Below, piece by piece: positions 29,680 to 39,346 of a stretch of DNA of 64,000 bases (within the stretch, counting starts at the first letter, position 1; the number at the start of each line of letters is the position of its first letter). Below the pieces are notes generated by a model. That model saw only the letters and a program-made list of their open reading frames with translations, was not told the DNA's origin and ran no database searches. The DNA is from an uncultured delta proteobacterium (GTDB lineage: Bacteria; Desulfobacterota; Binatia; Binatales; Binataceae). The DNA lies in contig CAVRVY010000004.1 in NCBI GenBank assembly GCA_963724765.1, positions 864,001-928,000 on the forward strand, read 5' to 3'. The position numbers and the translations under genes are program-made.

Positions 29680-29967
29680 GTGGCCGCACCGGCATTCGTC
29701 AAAAATCCGAAGTTCATTGGTGGTGTGATCGTCGTCCTGTGGGTCGCCTATGTCGTCTACTGGAACTATCGGCTGACTCCGATCTATATCCAGCTCTTTC
29801 CATTTCTGAAACCCGCGCAACTCAGCGTCTCCTCGGTAATCATCGGCGCCGCGCTCTTCGGATGCCTCGCCACGATTGCGGTTCAGTTCCTGTGGCGCAG
29901 GGGCCGCTCGAAAAACGGCTCAGCCGCATCGACCGCGGCCGCTGACAGCAACAAAACCGTCGCCTGA
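29680..29967 (+). CDS. Small two-TM membrane protein (LapA-domain-like)
   Basis: AGGAGG RBS + GTG; TM-N...V/I.I...-TM-basic tail layout; overlaps moeA 3' end. Confidence 0.6.
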   Translation: MAAPAFVKNPKFIGGVIVVLWVAYVVYWNYRLTPIYIQLFPFLKPAQLSVSSVIIGAALFGCLATIAVQFLWRRGRSKNGSAASTAAADSNKTVA

Positions 29968-31145
29968 GCGCCGGCCTTGAGCAGGGTCGCGTCCGACGGG
30001 CCAATCAGCAGCGCGTCGGCGCGCGCGAGCGAGCTCAGGATTCCCGATCCCTGATTGCCGGTCGGCGCAGCGTAAAGGTCGCCGCCCTCGCGCCGCAAGC
30101 GCACGCGCACGAATTCCGTCAGGTCCTTCGCGGTTTTGATATCCTCCGCGCATCGCACCGCCACGCGCGGCAATCCGAGGTCGCGCCGCCCGCCCATCTT
30201 CAGCAGCGCCGGCCGCACATACAGGTAGAAACACACCATCGTCGAGACCGGGTTCCCCGGCAGACCGAAAATCGGACGGCTGCCGACGGTGCCGAACTTG
30301 AGCGGACGTCCGGGCCGCTGCGCCACGCCATGAAAGAGCTGGCGCATGCCCAATTCGTCGAGCGCGCCCTTGACGTGATCGAACTGGCCGACCGACACGC
30401 CGCCGGTCGAGAGCACGGCGTCGAAGGCGAATGCTTCGGTCAGACGGGCGCGTATTTCCTCGGGACGGTCGCGCGCGACTTTCAGGATGACGGGTTCGCC
30501 GCCGGCCTCACGCACCGCGCCCGCGAGCGCGTAGGCGCTGGAGTTGACGATCTGCGCGCCGGTCGGAACTTGGTCGACGTCGACCAGCTCGTCGCCGGTT
30601 GCGACGATCGCGACGCGGGGACCTCGACATACGTCGATCATCGAGCGGTTGAGCGACGCGAGCATCCCTAGGTCGGCCGCGCCCAGCCGCTTGCCGGCTT
30701 CCATCACCAGCTCACCCGCGCGCAGATCCTCGCCGCGCGGGCGGATGAAGTTGCCTCGCGCGGCGGCGGACAGAATCTCGACCCTGTCGCCGCTCGTGCG
30801 CGTCTGTTCGACCGGCACGATCGCGTCGGCGCCCGCGGCCATGGGCGCGCCGGTCATCGTACGCATCGCGGTGCCCGCCTCGACCCGCACCGCCGGCATC
30901 GCACCCGCCGCCACGGTGCCGAGCACGCTGAGCCGCGCCGGACTCGACGCGCTGGCCTGAGCGATGTCAGCGGCGCGCACGGCGTAACCGTCCATCGCGG
31001 AATTGTCGAAGCCAGGAATATCGCGGGGCGCGCGGATTTCCTCGGCGAGCACGCGGCCGAGCGCGGCGAGAATCGGCGTCCGCTCGACGCCGAGCGGCGT
31101 CACGTTTTCGAGCACCAGTTGCAGGGCTTCGTCCGCGCTGATCAT
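29883..31145 (-). CDS. moeA: Molybdopterin molybdotransferase
   Basis: GRVLAE, FDNSAMDGYA, TGDEL, STGGVSVG, LPGNPVS. Confidence 0.95.
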   Translation of the reverse strand: MISADEALQLVLENVTPLGVERTPILAALGRVLAEEIRAPRDIPGFDNSAMDGYAVRAADIAQASASSPARLSVLGTVAAGAMPAVRVEAGTAMRTMTGAPMAAGADAIVPVEQTRTSGDRVEILSAAARGNFIRPRGEDLRAGELVMEAGKRLGAADLGMLASLNRSMIDVCRGPRVAIVATGDELVDVDQVPTGAQIVNSSAYALAGAVREAGGEPVILKVARDRPEEIRARLTEAFAFDAVLSTGGVSVGQFDHVKGALDELGMRQLFHGVAQRPGRPLKFGTVGSRPIFGLPGNPVSTMVCFYLYVRPALLKMGGRRDLGLPRVAVRCAEDIKTAKDLTEFVRVRLRREGGDLYAAPTGNQGSGILSSLARADALLIGPSDATLLKAGAQATVLLLSAAAVDAAEPFFERPLRHRN

Positions 31146-31341
31146 TAATCGAACCTTAACCCGAAACTGAATCGGACCTTAAGATGTTGAGCGAAACTGC
31201 TCAAGTGTCTCGCACCAAAGACCGAAAATCAGGATACGCGGGTTCGCCCGCGATTAGAACCACGGCTGATGCGAGTGCCAGTGCAACAATTGAAATGAGG
31301 CAGGCGCCGACGGAGTAAACGATGCGAACGCGGGCCGGGAT

Positions 31342-32358
31342 TCAGAAGATCTGCATCGCGCCGATATCCCGCGCGTCGGCACTTTCCTGAAGCGGAAGCC
31401 GCAACTCGTAACCCGGGCCCGGCGGGACACGGTTGTGCAGGATGGCCGGGTTGTACTCGCGCAGCACGCTCACGGAGACTCCCGTCTGGCGCGCGACCTG
31501 GGAGAGCGTCGTACCGCCCTTGACCTTGATCGTGCGGAAGCTCTCCGGCTCCGTGTAGTTGACCGGTTCGAGGCCGTAGCGTTCGGGCTGATGGGCGATG
31601 ATCGCGACCGCCATGAAACGGTTGAGGAGCGAGCGGGTATTGTACGGCAGACGCGAGGTCAGGCTGTTGTAGTCTACGCCACGCAGCGAAAAATAGTCGT
31701 TCATCGCCGTTTCGCCCCGGTTCCATCCGACCAACGCCACGCGCCAGTCGCCAACCTCGTTATGCAGAGCGGCCAGGTATTGAGCGGCGGCACGTGTCGA
31801 TTTTATCGGGTCGCGCCGCTCATCGATGTACCGGTCCACCCTGAGATTGAAGCGCCGCGCGGTCGCCACACTAAGCTGCCATGGCCCGGCGCCCTTACTG
31901 GAAAACGAACTTTCGGCGAATGAGAGATAAACCAGGTCCGGCGGCAGGTCGTGGTTTTCCATGACCTTGACCATCATCGGCAGGTACGGACGGCTGCGGC
32001 GGAATGACTCCCTGATACCCTCGTTGTGCTCAGCGAAGGAGTCGACGTAACGCTGGACAGTTTGGTTAAGGACCAGCGGGAACGGCACCGCCTTATGGGG
32101 ACCGCTGCGGACGTATGGAATACCCTCGGCGAGGGCCACGGCAGCGTCCATATCGGCGGCGTCGCGCGAGGCTGCCGTAGAGGTAGAGGTCTTAGCTGTT
32201 GCGGGATGCGGGTACCCGCCAACGGGGGCATTAGCGATCAGGGAAAAGCGATCGCCTGGATTGGATGCGAGGTCACTGGCTGGATTTGACACACAACCGC
32301 TAAGGGCTGCGCCCAGCAAACCGACCACCGCTAGCGATGTGACAAGACTCCCCCTCAT
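31342..32358 (-). CDS. Lytic transglycosylase (SLT) lipoprotein with LysM-like domain, MltD-like
   Basis: Lipobox LSGC, LP.DL.YL..AES, G.WQL, DERRDPIKSTRAAA.YL, C-terminal TLSQVA...L..YNP. Confidence 0.85.
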   Translation of the reverse strand: MRGSLVTSLAVVGLLGAALSGCVSNPASDLASNPGDRFSLIANAPVGGYPHPATAKTSTSTAASRDAADMDAAVALAEGIPYVRSGPHKAVPFPLVLNQTVQRYVDSFAEHNEGIRESFRRSRPYLPMMVKVMENHDLPPDLVYLSFAESSFSSKGAGPWQLSVATARRFNLRVDRYIDERRDPIKSTRAAAQYLAALHNEVGDWRVALVGWNRGETAMNDYFSLRGVDYNSLTSRLPYNTRSLLNRFMAVAIIAHQPERYGLEPVNYTEPESFRTIKVKGGTTLSQVARQTGVSVSVLREYNPAILHNRVPPGPGYELRLPLQESADARDIGAMQIF

Positions 32359-32555
32359 GAACGAACCGAACTGACCCGGGCCAACCCTACAGACCCGGCA
32401 GGGCCACAATCAACCCCTGCGACCGTGGTTTGTCGTTAAAAAAACTAATAACAGAAATCGATTATATTAGCGGCAAAGGTATTTTTCTCCTCCATGACAC
32501 CTGTTCTTAGGCCATCGCACGCATTGTGATACCGTGCGATTTGGTCGCCGCTGTC

Positions 32556-33743
32556 ATGCGCAAGCCCCCCCCAATTCCCACTGGTCTCTGGCAGGAAATC
32601 GTCGACAGCCTTAGCGACGCGGTTGTGGTTTTCGACCCCGCTCTCGCTCCAATCGCAATGAACCCGGCGGCCGAAACCCTTTTCGGCGTCTCGCACCTTA
32701 ATGAGGCCGCCGTCGGCGCTTTCATGCGCCACAACGAATGGCTGCTGCGGATGGTCGAGACCTGCCTGGGCAGTGGGCAAAACCTGTCAGATGCTGAGGC
32801 CAGGCTCAGCTTAGGAACGCGCTTGGCGACAGTCAGCGCCGAGGTCGCGCCACTTCTGACCGCGGGGGGAACGAGCCGAGGCGCGGTGGTGCTGCTGCAT
32901 GATCTCGCGCTCCATCGCGGCGCCGCACAGGCGCTCAATATGGCCGAGCCCGATCTCAAGCTGTCGCCGGCGGGGCTCGCACATGAGGTCAAAAATCCGC
33001 TGACCGGAATCAAGGGAGCGGCCGAGTTGCTGGCGGGGCGCCTGCGCGCCGACCCCCGCGCTCAGCAGTATTGCGGGCTCATCCTGGAGGGCGTCAACCG
33101 TATCACGGCGCTGGTCGAGCAGGTTCTGACGGCCAGCGCACCGCAGCGGCTGAGCTTTGGGCCGGTCAATATCCATCGCGTGCTTCACCAGGCGCTCAGG
33201 ATGGCCGGGCTGCATCCGCATCCGCCCGAAGGCATGACGATCGAGCAGCTTTTCGACCCGAGCCTGCCCGAGATCAGCGCCGACGCCGCGGCACTCGAGC
33301 GCACCTTTCTCAACCTGTTGCGCAACGCCGCTGAAGCAATCGGCGCGGCCGGGACGATCCGGCTGCGGACGCGGATGGAGACCGAATTCCGCCTCAGCGC
33401 CGAGGGCCGCCGCCGGCAGTTCCTGCGCGTGGAGGTGAGCGACAGCGGCCGCGGCATGAACTCAGCCGAAATGGCGCAGCTCTTCACGCCGTTCTTCACC
33501 ACCAAGCCGTCGGGCACCGGCCTAGGCCTGGTGCTGAGCCAACGGATCGTCTCGGCTCATGGCGGCAAGCTGTGGGCCGAGGCGGGTGGCGTAAGCCCTG
33601 CGCGAGCGGCACCGGCGATTCATGCGGCCGGTCCGCATCCCGCCCATCCGGCCAACCCCGACGAGCATCGCGCGCGCGGGATGACCTTCAAGGTCACATT
33701 GCCGGTGGGTTCGCGCGATCCGGAACCGTCCGAGGCAGCATAA
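32556..33743 (+). CDS. ntrB: PAS-domain sensor histidine kinase, NtrB-like
   Basis: PAS (NPAAE.LFG), LAHEVKNPLTGIKGAAELL, FDPSLPEI, NLLRNA, PFFTTK.GTGLGL. Confidence 0.8.
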   Translation: MRKPPPIPTGLWQEIVDSLSDAVVVFDPALAPIAMNPAAETLFGVSHLNEAAVGAFMRHNEWLLRMVETCLGSGQNLSDAEARLSLGTRLATVSAEVAPLLTAGGTSRGAVVLLHDLALHRGAAQALNMAEPDLKLSPAGLAHEVKNPLTGIKGAAELLAGRLRADPRAQQYCGLILEGVNRITALVEQVLTASAPQRLSFGPVNIHRVLHQALRMAGLHPHPPEGMTIEQLFDPSLPEISADAAALERTFLNLLRNAAEAIGAAGTIRLRTRMETEFRLSAEGRRRQFLRVEVSDSGRGMNSAEMAQLFTPFFTTKPSGTGLGLVLSQRIVSAHGGKLWAEAGGVSPARAAPAIHAAGPHPAHPANPDEHRARGMTFKVTLPVGSRDPEPSEAA

Positions 33744-33835
33744 TAGATGTTCACCTCCGGCGGGCGCATCGCAGGCAAAATCCACGGTTTCGGAGCCGTT
33801 GCCGCGTTTGCCGATACTGTTATCATGGAAGCCCA

Positions 33836-35341
33836 ATGAGTGAGACCGAACAAAATCTCGGCGGCGTGGCCGAGGCGCGCGCTATTCGTGCGCTGATTGC
33901 CGATGACGACCCGGCTATCCGTCTCGTCGTGCGTCATCGGCTGGAGGCCGAGGGATGGCGCGTCGAGGAGGCGGCCGATAGCGGCGCCGCCCTCCAGGCG
34001 CTGGGCAGCGGGCGGTTCGACGTCGCGCTGGTTGACATCATCATGCCCGGCGTGGGCGGCCTCGAAGTGCTCACGGCCGCGCGCGAGCAGGGATGCGCGA
34101 CGCCAATCGTCGTAATCACCGCGGCCAGCACGATGAACAACGCTATCGAGGCGCTCAAGCGCGGCGCTCGCGACTACCTCACCAAGCCGTTCGAAAACCT
34201 CGACCTGGTGCTGACGACCGCGGCGCGCGCGGCGGAGACGGCGGCGCAGGCATCCGAACTGGAAAGAGTCAAGAAAGAACTCGACCGCAAGCTGATCGGC
34301 GGTGAGATCATCGGCCATAGCGCGGCCATCCAGGAGGTCTACAAGCTCATCGGGCGGGTGGTCAGCAACGACAAGATCGACGTAGTGCTGGTCAGCGGCG
34401 AGAGCGGCACCGGCAAGGAACTGGTGGCGCACAAGATCCATAGCGAGTCGCGCCTCCGCGAGCCCTTCATCCCGGTCAACTGCTCGGCCATCCCGCACGG
34501 CCTGGTCGAGAGCGAGTTGTTCGGTCACGAGCGCGGCGCGTTCACCGGCGCGGCCGAGCGGCGCGCGGGCAAGTTCGAGGCGGCGGGCGAAGGCACGCTG
34601 TTCCTCGACGAGATCGGCGATCTGCCGCTGGAGCTGCAGCCCAAGCTGTTGCGCGCACTCCAGGAGCGCGAGTTCACCCGGATCGGCGGCTTCGAGACCC
34701 AGCGCCTGCAAGCCCGCATCATCGCGGCCACCAACCAGGACCTCGAAACGGCGGTCGCCGCGCGCCGTTTCCGCGAGGATCTTTACTTCCGCCTGCGCGT
34801 CATCCTGATCAACCTGCCGCCGCTCCGCCAGCGCCGCGAGGACATCCCCGAGTTGACCGACTACTTCGTCGCCAGGGCGGTCCGCGATATGGGATCGCTT
34901 GTAACCGCGGTTAGCCCCGAGGCGCGCGCGAAATTGCGAGCCTACGACTGGCCCGGCAACGTGCGCGAGCTGGAGAACACGATGCTGCGCGCCGCGCTGC
35001 TCGTCTCGGGCAACACCATCCGCGCCGACGACATCTCGCTTGTGCGAAGCCCCTCGATGGCCGCCGCCGTTTCCGAAACTGAGAGCGACGCTGCCGACTC
35101 CTTCGCCGCGCTCATCGGACGCCGCGTGGCCCAGTACCTCGAGAAAGCCAATGGCGAGGAGCCGCGCGGGCTTTACCAGAAGCTGGTCGCCGAGATCGAA
35201 CGTCCGCTCATCGAGCAGGCGATGCGCCGGGCCGACGGCAACCAGGTGCGCGCCGCGCGCATCCTGGGGCTCAACCGCAATACGCTGCGCAAGAAGCTCG
35301 TCGATCTCGGAATCGCAACCCGCAAGCTGCCGTTCGATTAG
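33836..35341 (+). CDS. ntrC: Sigma54-dependent response regulator, NtrC-like
   Basis: REC domain, [50 protein letters not shown]. Confidence 0.85.
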   Translation: MSETEQNLGGVAEARAIRALIADDDPAIRLVVRHRLEAEGWRVEEAADSGAALQALGSGRFDVALVDIIMPGVGGLEVLTAAREQGCATPIVVITAASTMNNAIEALKRGARDYLTKPFENLDLVLTTAARAAETAAQASELERVKKELDRKLIGGEIIGHSAAIQEVYKLIGRVVSNDKIDVVLVSGESGTGKELVAHKIHSESRLREPFIPVNCSAIPHGLVESELFGHERGAFTGAAERRAGKFEAAGEGTLFLDEIGDLPLELQPKLLRALQEREFTRIGGFETQRLQARIIAATNQDLETAVAARRFREDLYFRLRVILINLPPLRQRREDIPELTDYFVARAVRDMGSLVTAVSPEARAKLRAYDWPGNVRELENTMLRAALLVSGNTIRADDISLVRSPSMAAAVSETESDAADSFAALIGRRVAQYLEKANGEEPRGLYQKLVAEIERPLIEQAMRRADGNQVRAARILGLNRNTLRKKLVDLGIATRKLPFD

Positions 35342-35362
35342 CCGCACGCGCCGCGGCTCGCG

Positions 35363-35980
35363 ATGAAGCTTCCCTCGCACTTCTATGCGATGGTCGATCC
35401 GGCGGGCGGCCACGAACCGACTGCGCTCGCGCGCATCCTGCTCGACGCCGGCGCGCGGATAATGCAGCTTCGGCTCAAAAGCGCGCCGGGCCGCGAACTG
35501 CTCGCGGCGGCGCGTGCGATCACCGCGATGTGCCGCGAGCGCGGCGCGATGCTAATCATTGACGACCGCGCGGATATCGCGATGCTGGCCGGGGCCGGCG
35601 GCGTTCATCTCGGGCAGGAGGACCTGCCGCTTAAGGCCGCGCGCCAATTGGTCGGCCGCGAAATGATCATCGGAATCTCCACCCATAACGTCGAACAGGC
35701 GCTCGCCGCCGAGCGCGGGGGCGCCGACTACATCGGATTCGGCCCGCTCTATCCGGGCGGGTTACGCAACAACGCGGCGGGCAAGGGACTCGCGAGCTTG
35801 CGCGAGGTGCGCGCGGCGGTGAGCATCCCGATTGTCGCGATCGGCGGCATCACCGAGACCACGATGCCCGAGGCGCTCGCGGCCGGCGCGGACGCCTGCG
35901 CGATCATCACCGACGTGGTTCGCGCAGCTGACATCACCGGCAAAGTCCGCGCGATACTGAGCTTGAATCGTTCGCCTTGA
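35363..35980 (+). CDS. thiE: Thiamine-phosphate synthase
   Basis: QLRLK, IIDDR.D, GVHLGQEDL, IGISTH, VAIGGI. Confidence 0.9.
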   Translation: MKLPSHFYAMVDPAGGHEPTALARILLDAGARIMQLRLKSAPGRELLAAARAITAMCRERGAMLIIDDRADIAMLAGAGGVHLGQEDLPLKAARQLVGREMIIGISTHNVEQALAAERGGADYIGFGPLYPGGLRNNAAGKGLASLREVRAAVSIPIVAIGGITETTMPEALAAGADACAIITDVVRAADITGKVRAILSLNRSP

Positions 35981-36061
35981 ATCGCGCAACCTGAATCATT
36001 CGCCTGAGGTCTTCGGGAAAATTTGGGGAGATCTTCAGGACCTCTTCGGGAGGACTTGTCG

Positions 36062-36817
36062 ATGGGAAAACTGCAGGACAAAGTCGCGCTGATCACCGGC
36101 TCCAGCTCCGGTATCGGACGCGGTGTCGCGATCGCGTTCGCGCGCGAGGGCGCCAAAGTCATCGTCAACTATCCCGATGACTCCGAGACGCAAAACGCCG
36201 CCGGGGTCCGTGCCGAGATCGAACGGATCGGCGTGCAAGCGCTCGACGTGCGCGCCGACGTCTCGGTCGAGCACGAAGCGCAGACGCTGGTTGAAACCGT
36301 GCAGAGGAATTTCGGACGCATCGACGTGCTGGTGAACAACGCCGGCATCGGCAATGTCGCGCGGGTCGAGGCGATGGCGCCGAGCCAATGGGACCGGATG
36401 ATCGCGGTCAACCTGCGCAGCGTGTTTCTGTGCACGCATTTCGTGCTGCCGATCATGTACCGGCAGGATTACGGCAGGATCATCAGCACCGCTTCGCAAC
36501 TCGCCTACAAGGGCAGCGCGGGGCTTGCGCACTATTGCGCGGCCAAGGCCGCGGTCATCGCGTTTACCCGCGCGCTCTCGCACGAGATCGGCACCAGCAA
36601 CATCACCGCCAACTGCGTCGCGCCCGGCGCCACCCAGACCCGGATGGTCGAGGGCCTCGACAAGGATTTGATGGCGTCGCTGCTGGCCTCGATTCCCAAG
36701 CGACGCCTGGCGACGGTGGACGAAATCGTGCCGGCGTACGTGTTCCTGGCCTCGGACGAGGCGCGCCATTTCGTGGGCCAGTGTCTGAGCCCCAACGGCG
36801 GCGACGTGATGCTTTGA
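36062..36817 (+). CDS. SDR family oxidoreductase
   Basis: TGSSSGIG, NNAG, YCAAK; GGAGG RBS before 36062. Confidence 0.92.
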   Translation: MGKLQDKVALITGSSSGIGRGVAIAFAREGAKVIVNYPDDSETQNAAGVRAEIERIGVQALDVRADVSVEHEAQTLVETVQRNFGRIDVLVNNAGIGNVARVEAMAPSQWDRMIAVNLRSVFLCTHFVLPIMYRQDYGRIISTASQLAYKGSAGLAHYCAAKAAVIAFTRALSHEIGTSNITANCVAPGATQTRMVEGLDKDLMASLLASIPKRRLATVDEIVPAYVFLASDEARHFVGQCLSPNGGDVML

Positions 36818-36931
36818 GCTTTGCGTGTCGCACAAGGATTTCAGTATCGCGCTCTAGGAATCATGCCGAAGCCTGACGAGATCGTGTGGCATTGGATCGG
36901 CTCGCACGCCGACTACGACAAGCTGATCTGA
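36818..36931 (+). pseudogene. C-terminal remnant of a RelE/ParE-like toxin
   Basis: Translates ...GFQYRALGIMPKPDEIVWHWIGSHADYDKLI*, matching the YRALG...W.WIGSHA.YD C-terminus as I recall it; N-terminus absent. Confidence 0.7.
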
Positions 36932-37061
36932 AAGCCGGCGCGCGTTTGACGCAAAATTGACAATGTGAAAAGGATCGCTGGTCGATTCCGATCCGCGCCG
37001 ATCCGCGTGCCACGCAACCTTTGTTTCGGCGTCGAGATTTCCCAGCCCAGGAGGACGTTCC

Positions 37062-37505
37062 ATGAAAGTGCAAACTTTCGCCGGACTGACGGTCGCGCTC
37101 GTCTTCGCATCAATTCCTGTTTGCGCGCACGCACAGGGCGCCGCGGGCACAGTGCCGGGGGCGTCGTCAGCGCCGTCAATGCCGGGCGCACCTTCGATGC
37201 CGGGTTCATCGTCGATGCCCTCGATGCCCGGCGCGCCTTCGATGCCCGGCGGTGCATCGGCAGCACCGGGCATGCCGTCAGTCCCGGGTGCTTCGTCGAT
37301 GCCCTCGATGCCTGGGGCGCCGTCGATGCCCGGCGGGTCATCACTGCCCTCAGTGCCCGGCGCGTCCTCGATGCCGGGGGCACCGTCGATGCCGGGCGCT
37401 GCATCGGCGGCACCGGGCGCGCCGTCAGTGCCGGGTGCTCCTTCGGCGCCCTCAGTGCCGGGCGGGCCGTCGATGCCGGCCGCTCCTTCGGGCGGGGGCT
37501 ACTAG
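37062..37505 (+). CDS. Secreted low-complexity Pro/Ser/Gly/Ala/Met repeat protein
   Basis: AGGAGG RBS, signal peptide ending AHA, tandem (A/S)PSMPG-like repeats. Confidence 0.8.
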   Translation: MKVQTFAGLTVALVFASIPVCAHAQGAAGTVPGASSAPSMPGAPSMPGSSSMPSMPGAPSMPGGASAAPGMPSVPGASSMPSMPGAPSMPGGSSLPSVPGASSMPGAPSMPGAASAAPGAPSVPGAPSAPSVPGGPSMPAAPSGGGY

Positions 37506-37586
37506 CGCGGCAGACTTCATAAATATCGGGTAAATTATTCGTAAATATCGCGAAACTATCGCGAGTTACCGCTTGACCAATTCGCG

Positions 37587-38597
37587 TTACGCCAGTGGGG
37601 CGAGGCGATGGCCGATGACCTCGCGCGCCTCGGCCGCTATCCGCCGCACGATCTCGCCCGCTGGCGCGACGTCCTTGACCAGCGCACACGACATCCCGGC
37701 GTAGAACGCGAACTCGTCGAGCTCGCCCTCCAGATACTCAGCCGGCGGCATCACCGTGTATTTCACCAGCGGCGGCATCGCCATCCCGGCGTGCTTGAGC
37801 GTGCCCACCACTTTCCCCTCGCCCGGGCGCTTGCCGCTCTCGGGCCGCCCTGCGCGCTCCCATTCTTCATAGACGGCGGTGCGCAGCACGCGATGCGCCG
37901 CGTCGGGCCATCCCATGTCGTAGAGCTTGGTGTGGACGGTGTCCTCGGCGCGCGCGCTCACGATGCCTTCCTTATAAGAGGGATGGGCGGCCGACTCGCC
38001 CGACGCCAACAAACGCGTACCGAAAACCGCGCCGTCGGCGCCCAGCGCGAGCACCGCCGCGAGCCCGCGGCCGTCGGCCAGACCGCCCGCCGCGAGCATC
38101 GGCAGGTCGCCGATCGCGTCGCGTACCTGGGGCACCAGCACCAGCGTCGAGACGAGGCCGCGCACGTGTCCGCCGGCCTCGACGCCCTGCGCGATAATCA
38201 TGTCGGCGCCAGCGCTCTTGGCGGCGGCCGCCTCTTCAGCCGAGCCGCACTGCCAGATGACCTTCTTGCCAGCGTTCTTGAAGCGCGCGACGTGCTCGAC
38301 GGGAACGCCCCAAAAGAGCGTCACCGCATCGACCGGCGCCGCGGCGGCGGCCTCGGCCACGCCCGGCTGAAGAAACGGAATCAGCAGGTTGCAGGCGAGT
38401 GGCTTTCCGGTCAGCCGGCGGGCGGCGGCGATCTCGTTATGGATTCCCTCGGGAGTGAATCCGGCCAGCGCCACCGTGCCCATCCCGCCAGCCTCGGAGA
38501 CCGCGGCGGCGAGGTCGGCGAGCGCGATCGTACCCATCCCGGCCAGCATGATCGGCAACTCGACGCCGAACAGCTCGCAGAACCTGGTCTTCAGCAT
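37587..38597 (-). CDS. Nitronate monooxygenase / FabK-like flavoprotein
   Basis: LAAAVSEAGGMG, QGVEAGGH, AAGGLADGRG, GTR. Confidence 0.9.
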   Translation of the reverse strand: MLKTRFCELFGVELPIMLAGMGTIALADLAAAVSEAGGMGTVALAGFTPEGIHNEIAAARRLTGKPLACNLLIPFLQPGVAEAAAAAPVDAVTLFWGVPVEHVARFKNAGKKVIWQCGSAEEAAAAKSAGADMIIAQGVEAGGHVRGLVSTLVLVPQVRDAIGDLPMLAAGGLADGRGLAAVLALGADGAVFGTRLLASGESAAHPSYKEGIVSARAEDTVHTKLYDMGWPDAAHRVLRTAVYEEWERAGRPESGKRPGEGKVVGTLKHAGMAMPPLVKYTVMPPAEYLEGELDEFAFYAGMSCALVKDVAPAGEIVRRIAAEAREVIGHRLAPLA

Positions 38598-38666
38598 GTC
38601 ACGCGAACCTCCCCATCGAGCCTGCCCTTTGAGAGCAGTCCCGCTCTCGCGTGGAGAGCGTCCCGC

Positions 38667-39176
38667 CTAGCGCAGTCCCGGCGGCAGGGCCACGGATTTC
38701 GGCCCCGACGGTGAAGGATTCAGCCATGGGTCAAACGGCTCTCCGGAAGACGGAGGGGCATCCCCGGCCGCTGGCGCGGAAGTGTTGGCCGTTTGCCCGG
38801 CCGTGGGAGCGGACGAGTCCTCGCCGGCGGGCGTCCCCGCCTCAGCATCATCGCCAGTCGCCTGCTCATCGGTCGGGGCGCCGGGGTCGTCAGGGTTGAT
38901 GGGGTTCTTGATGATGCGGACTGGAAAGCCGTTCAGCTCATGCGGCAGCTGGCGCATCTGGTCCGTGACAACGTCCGCATGAAGTTCTATCTCGGGCGCA
39001 CCGCCGGGCGGCTCTCCAACACTGACATCGGTGACCCCGGGAATCGAGGACAGCCAATCCGCGTAGTAATCCTTCACCTTGGCGACCTCCCCGAGGTCGC
39101 TCTGCGCAAGCGCGCTCGTACACACGCATAGCGCCGCCACGAACAACATCAAAGTGACTATCTTCAGTACACGCAT
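38667..39176 (-). CDS. Secreted hypothetical protein (small domain + acidic disordered tail)
   Basis: GAGG RBS, signal peptide ending ALA, IPGV..V.VG...LP.ELNGFPV motif. Confidence 0.7.
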   Translation of the reverse strand: MRVLKIVTLMLFVAALCVCTSALAQSDLGEVAKVKDYYADWLSSIPGVTDVSVGEPPGGAPEIELHADVVTDQMRQLPHELNGFPVRIIKNPINPDDPGAPTDEQATGDDAEAGTPAGEDSSAPTAGQTANTSAPAAGDAPPSSGEPFDPWLNPSPSGPKSVALPPGLR

Positions 39177-39346
39177 GATCTAAAACCTCACGAGCGTACC
39201 CCCCGCCGCGCTACGGCACGGCAATTCGCCGGTCGCCGCTTCTTAACATTGTGCGACTTTACGGCGGCGGGCGATAGTCCCGCCGCACGCGCGTCCGATT
39301 CAAACGCCTCTTTGCTCCAATGCCCTTGCTCTAACGCCCTTTGCCT

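Noticed and set aside
33620-35413. Long antisense ORFs (also 47865-49679, 42665-44044, 11750-13276, 1541-2584 and others)
   Set aside because: Typical high-GC shadow frames opposite well-supported genes, with no motifs
36007-36052. TCTTC(G/A)GGA triple repeat upstream of the SDR gene
   Set aside because: Only 9 nt, irregular spacing and overlapping the RBS; too weak to call an operator
37140-37500. CRISPR-like or non-coding repeat array
   Set aside because: Repeats are codon-phased with synonymous variation and no unique spacers; they are protein repeats. No cas genes in the window
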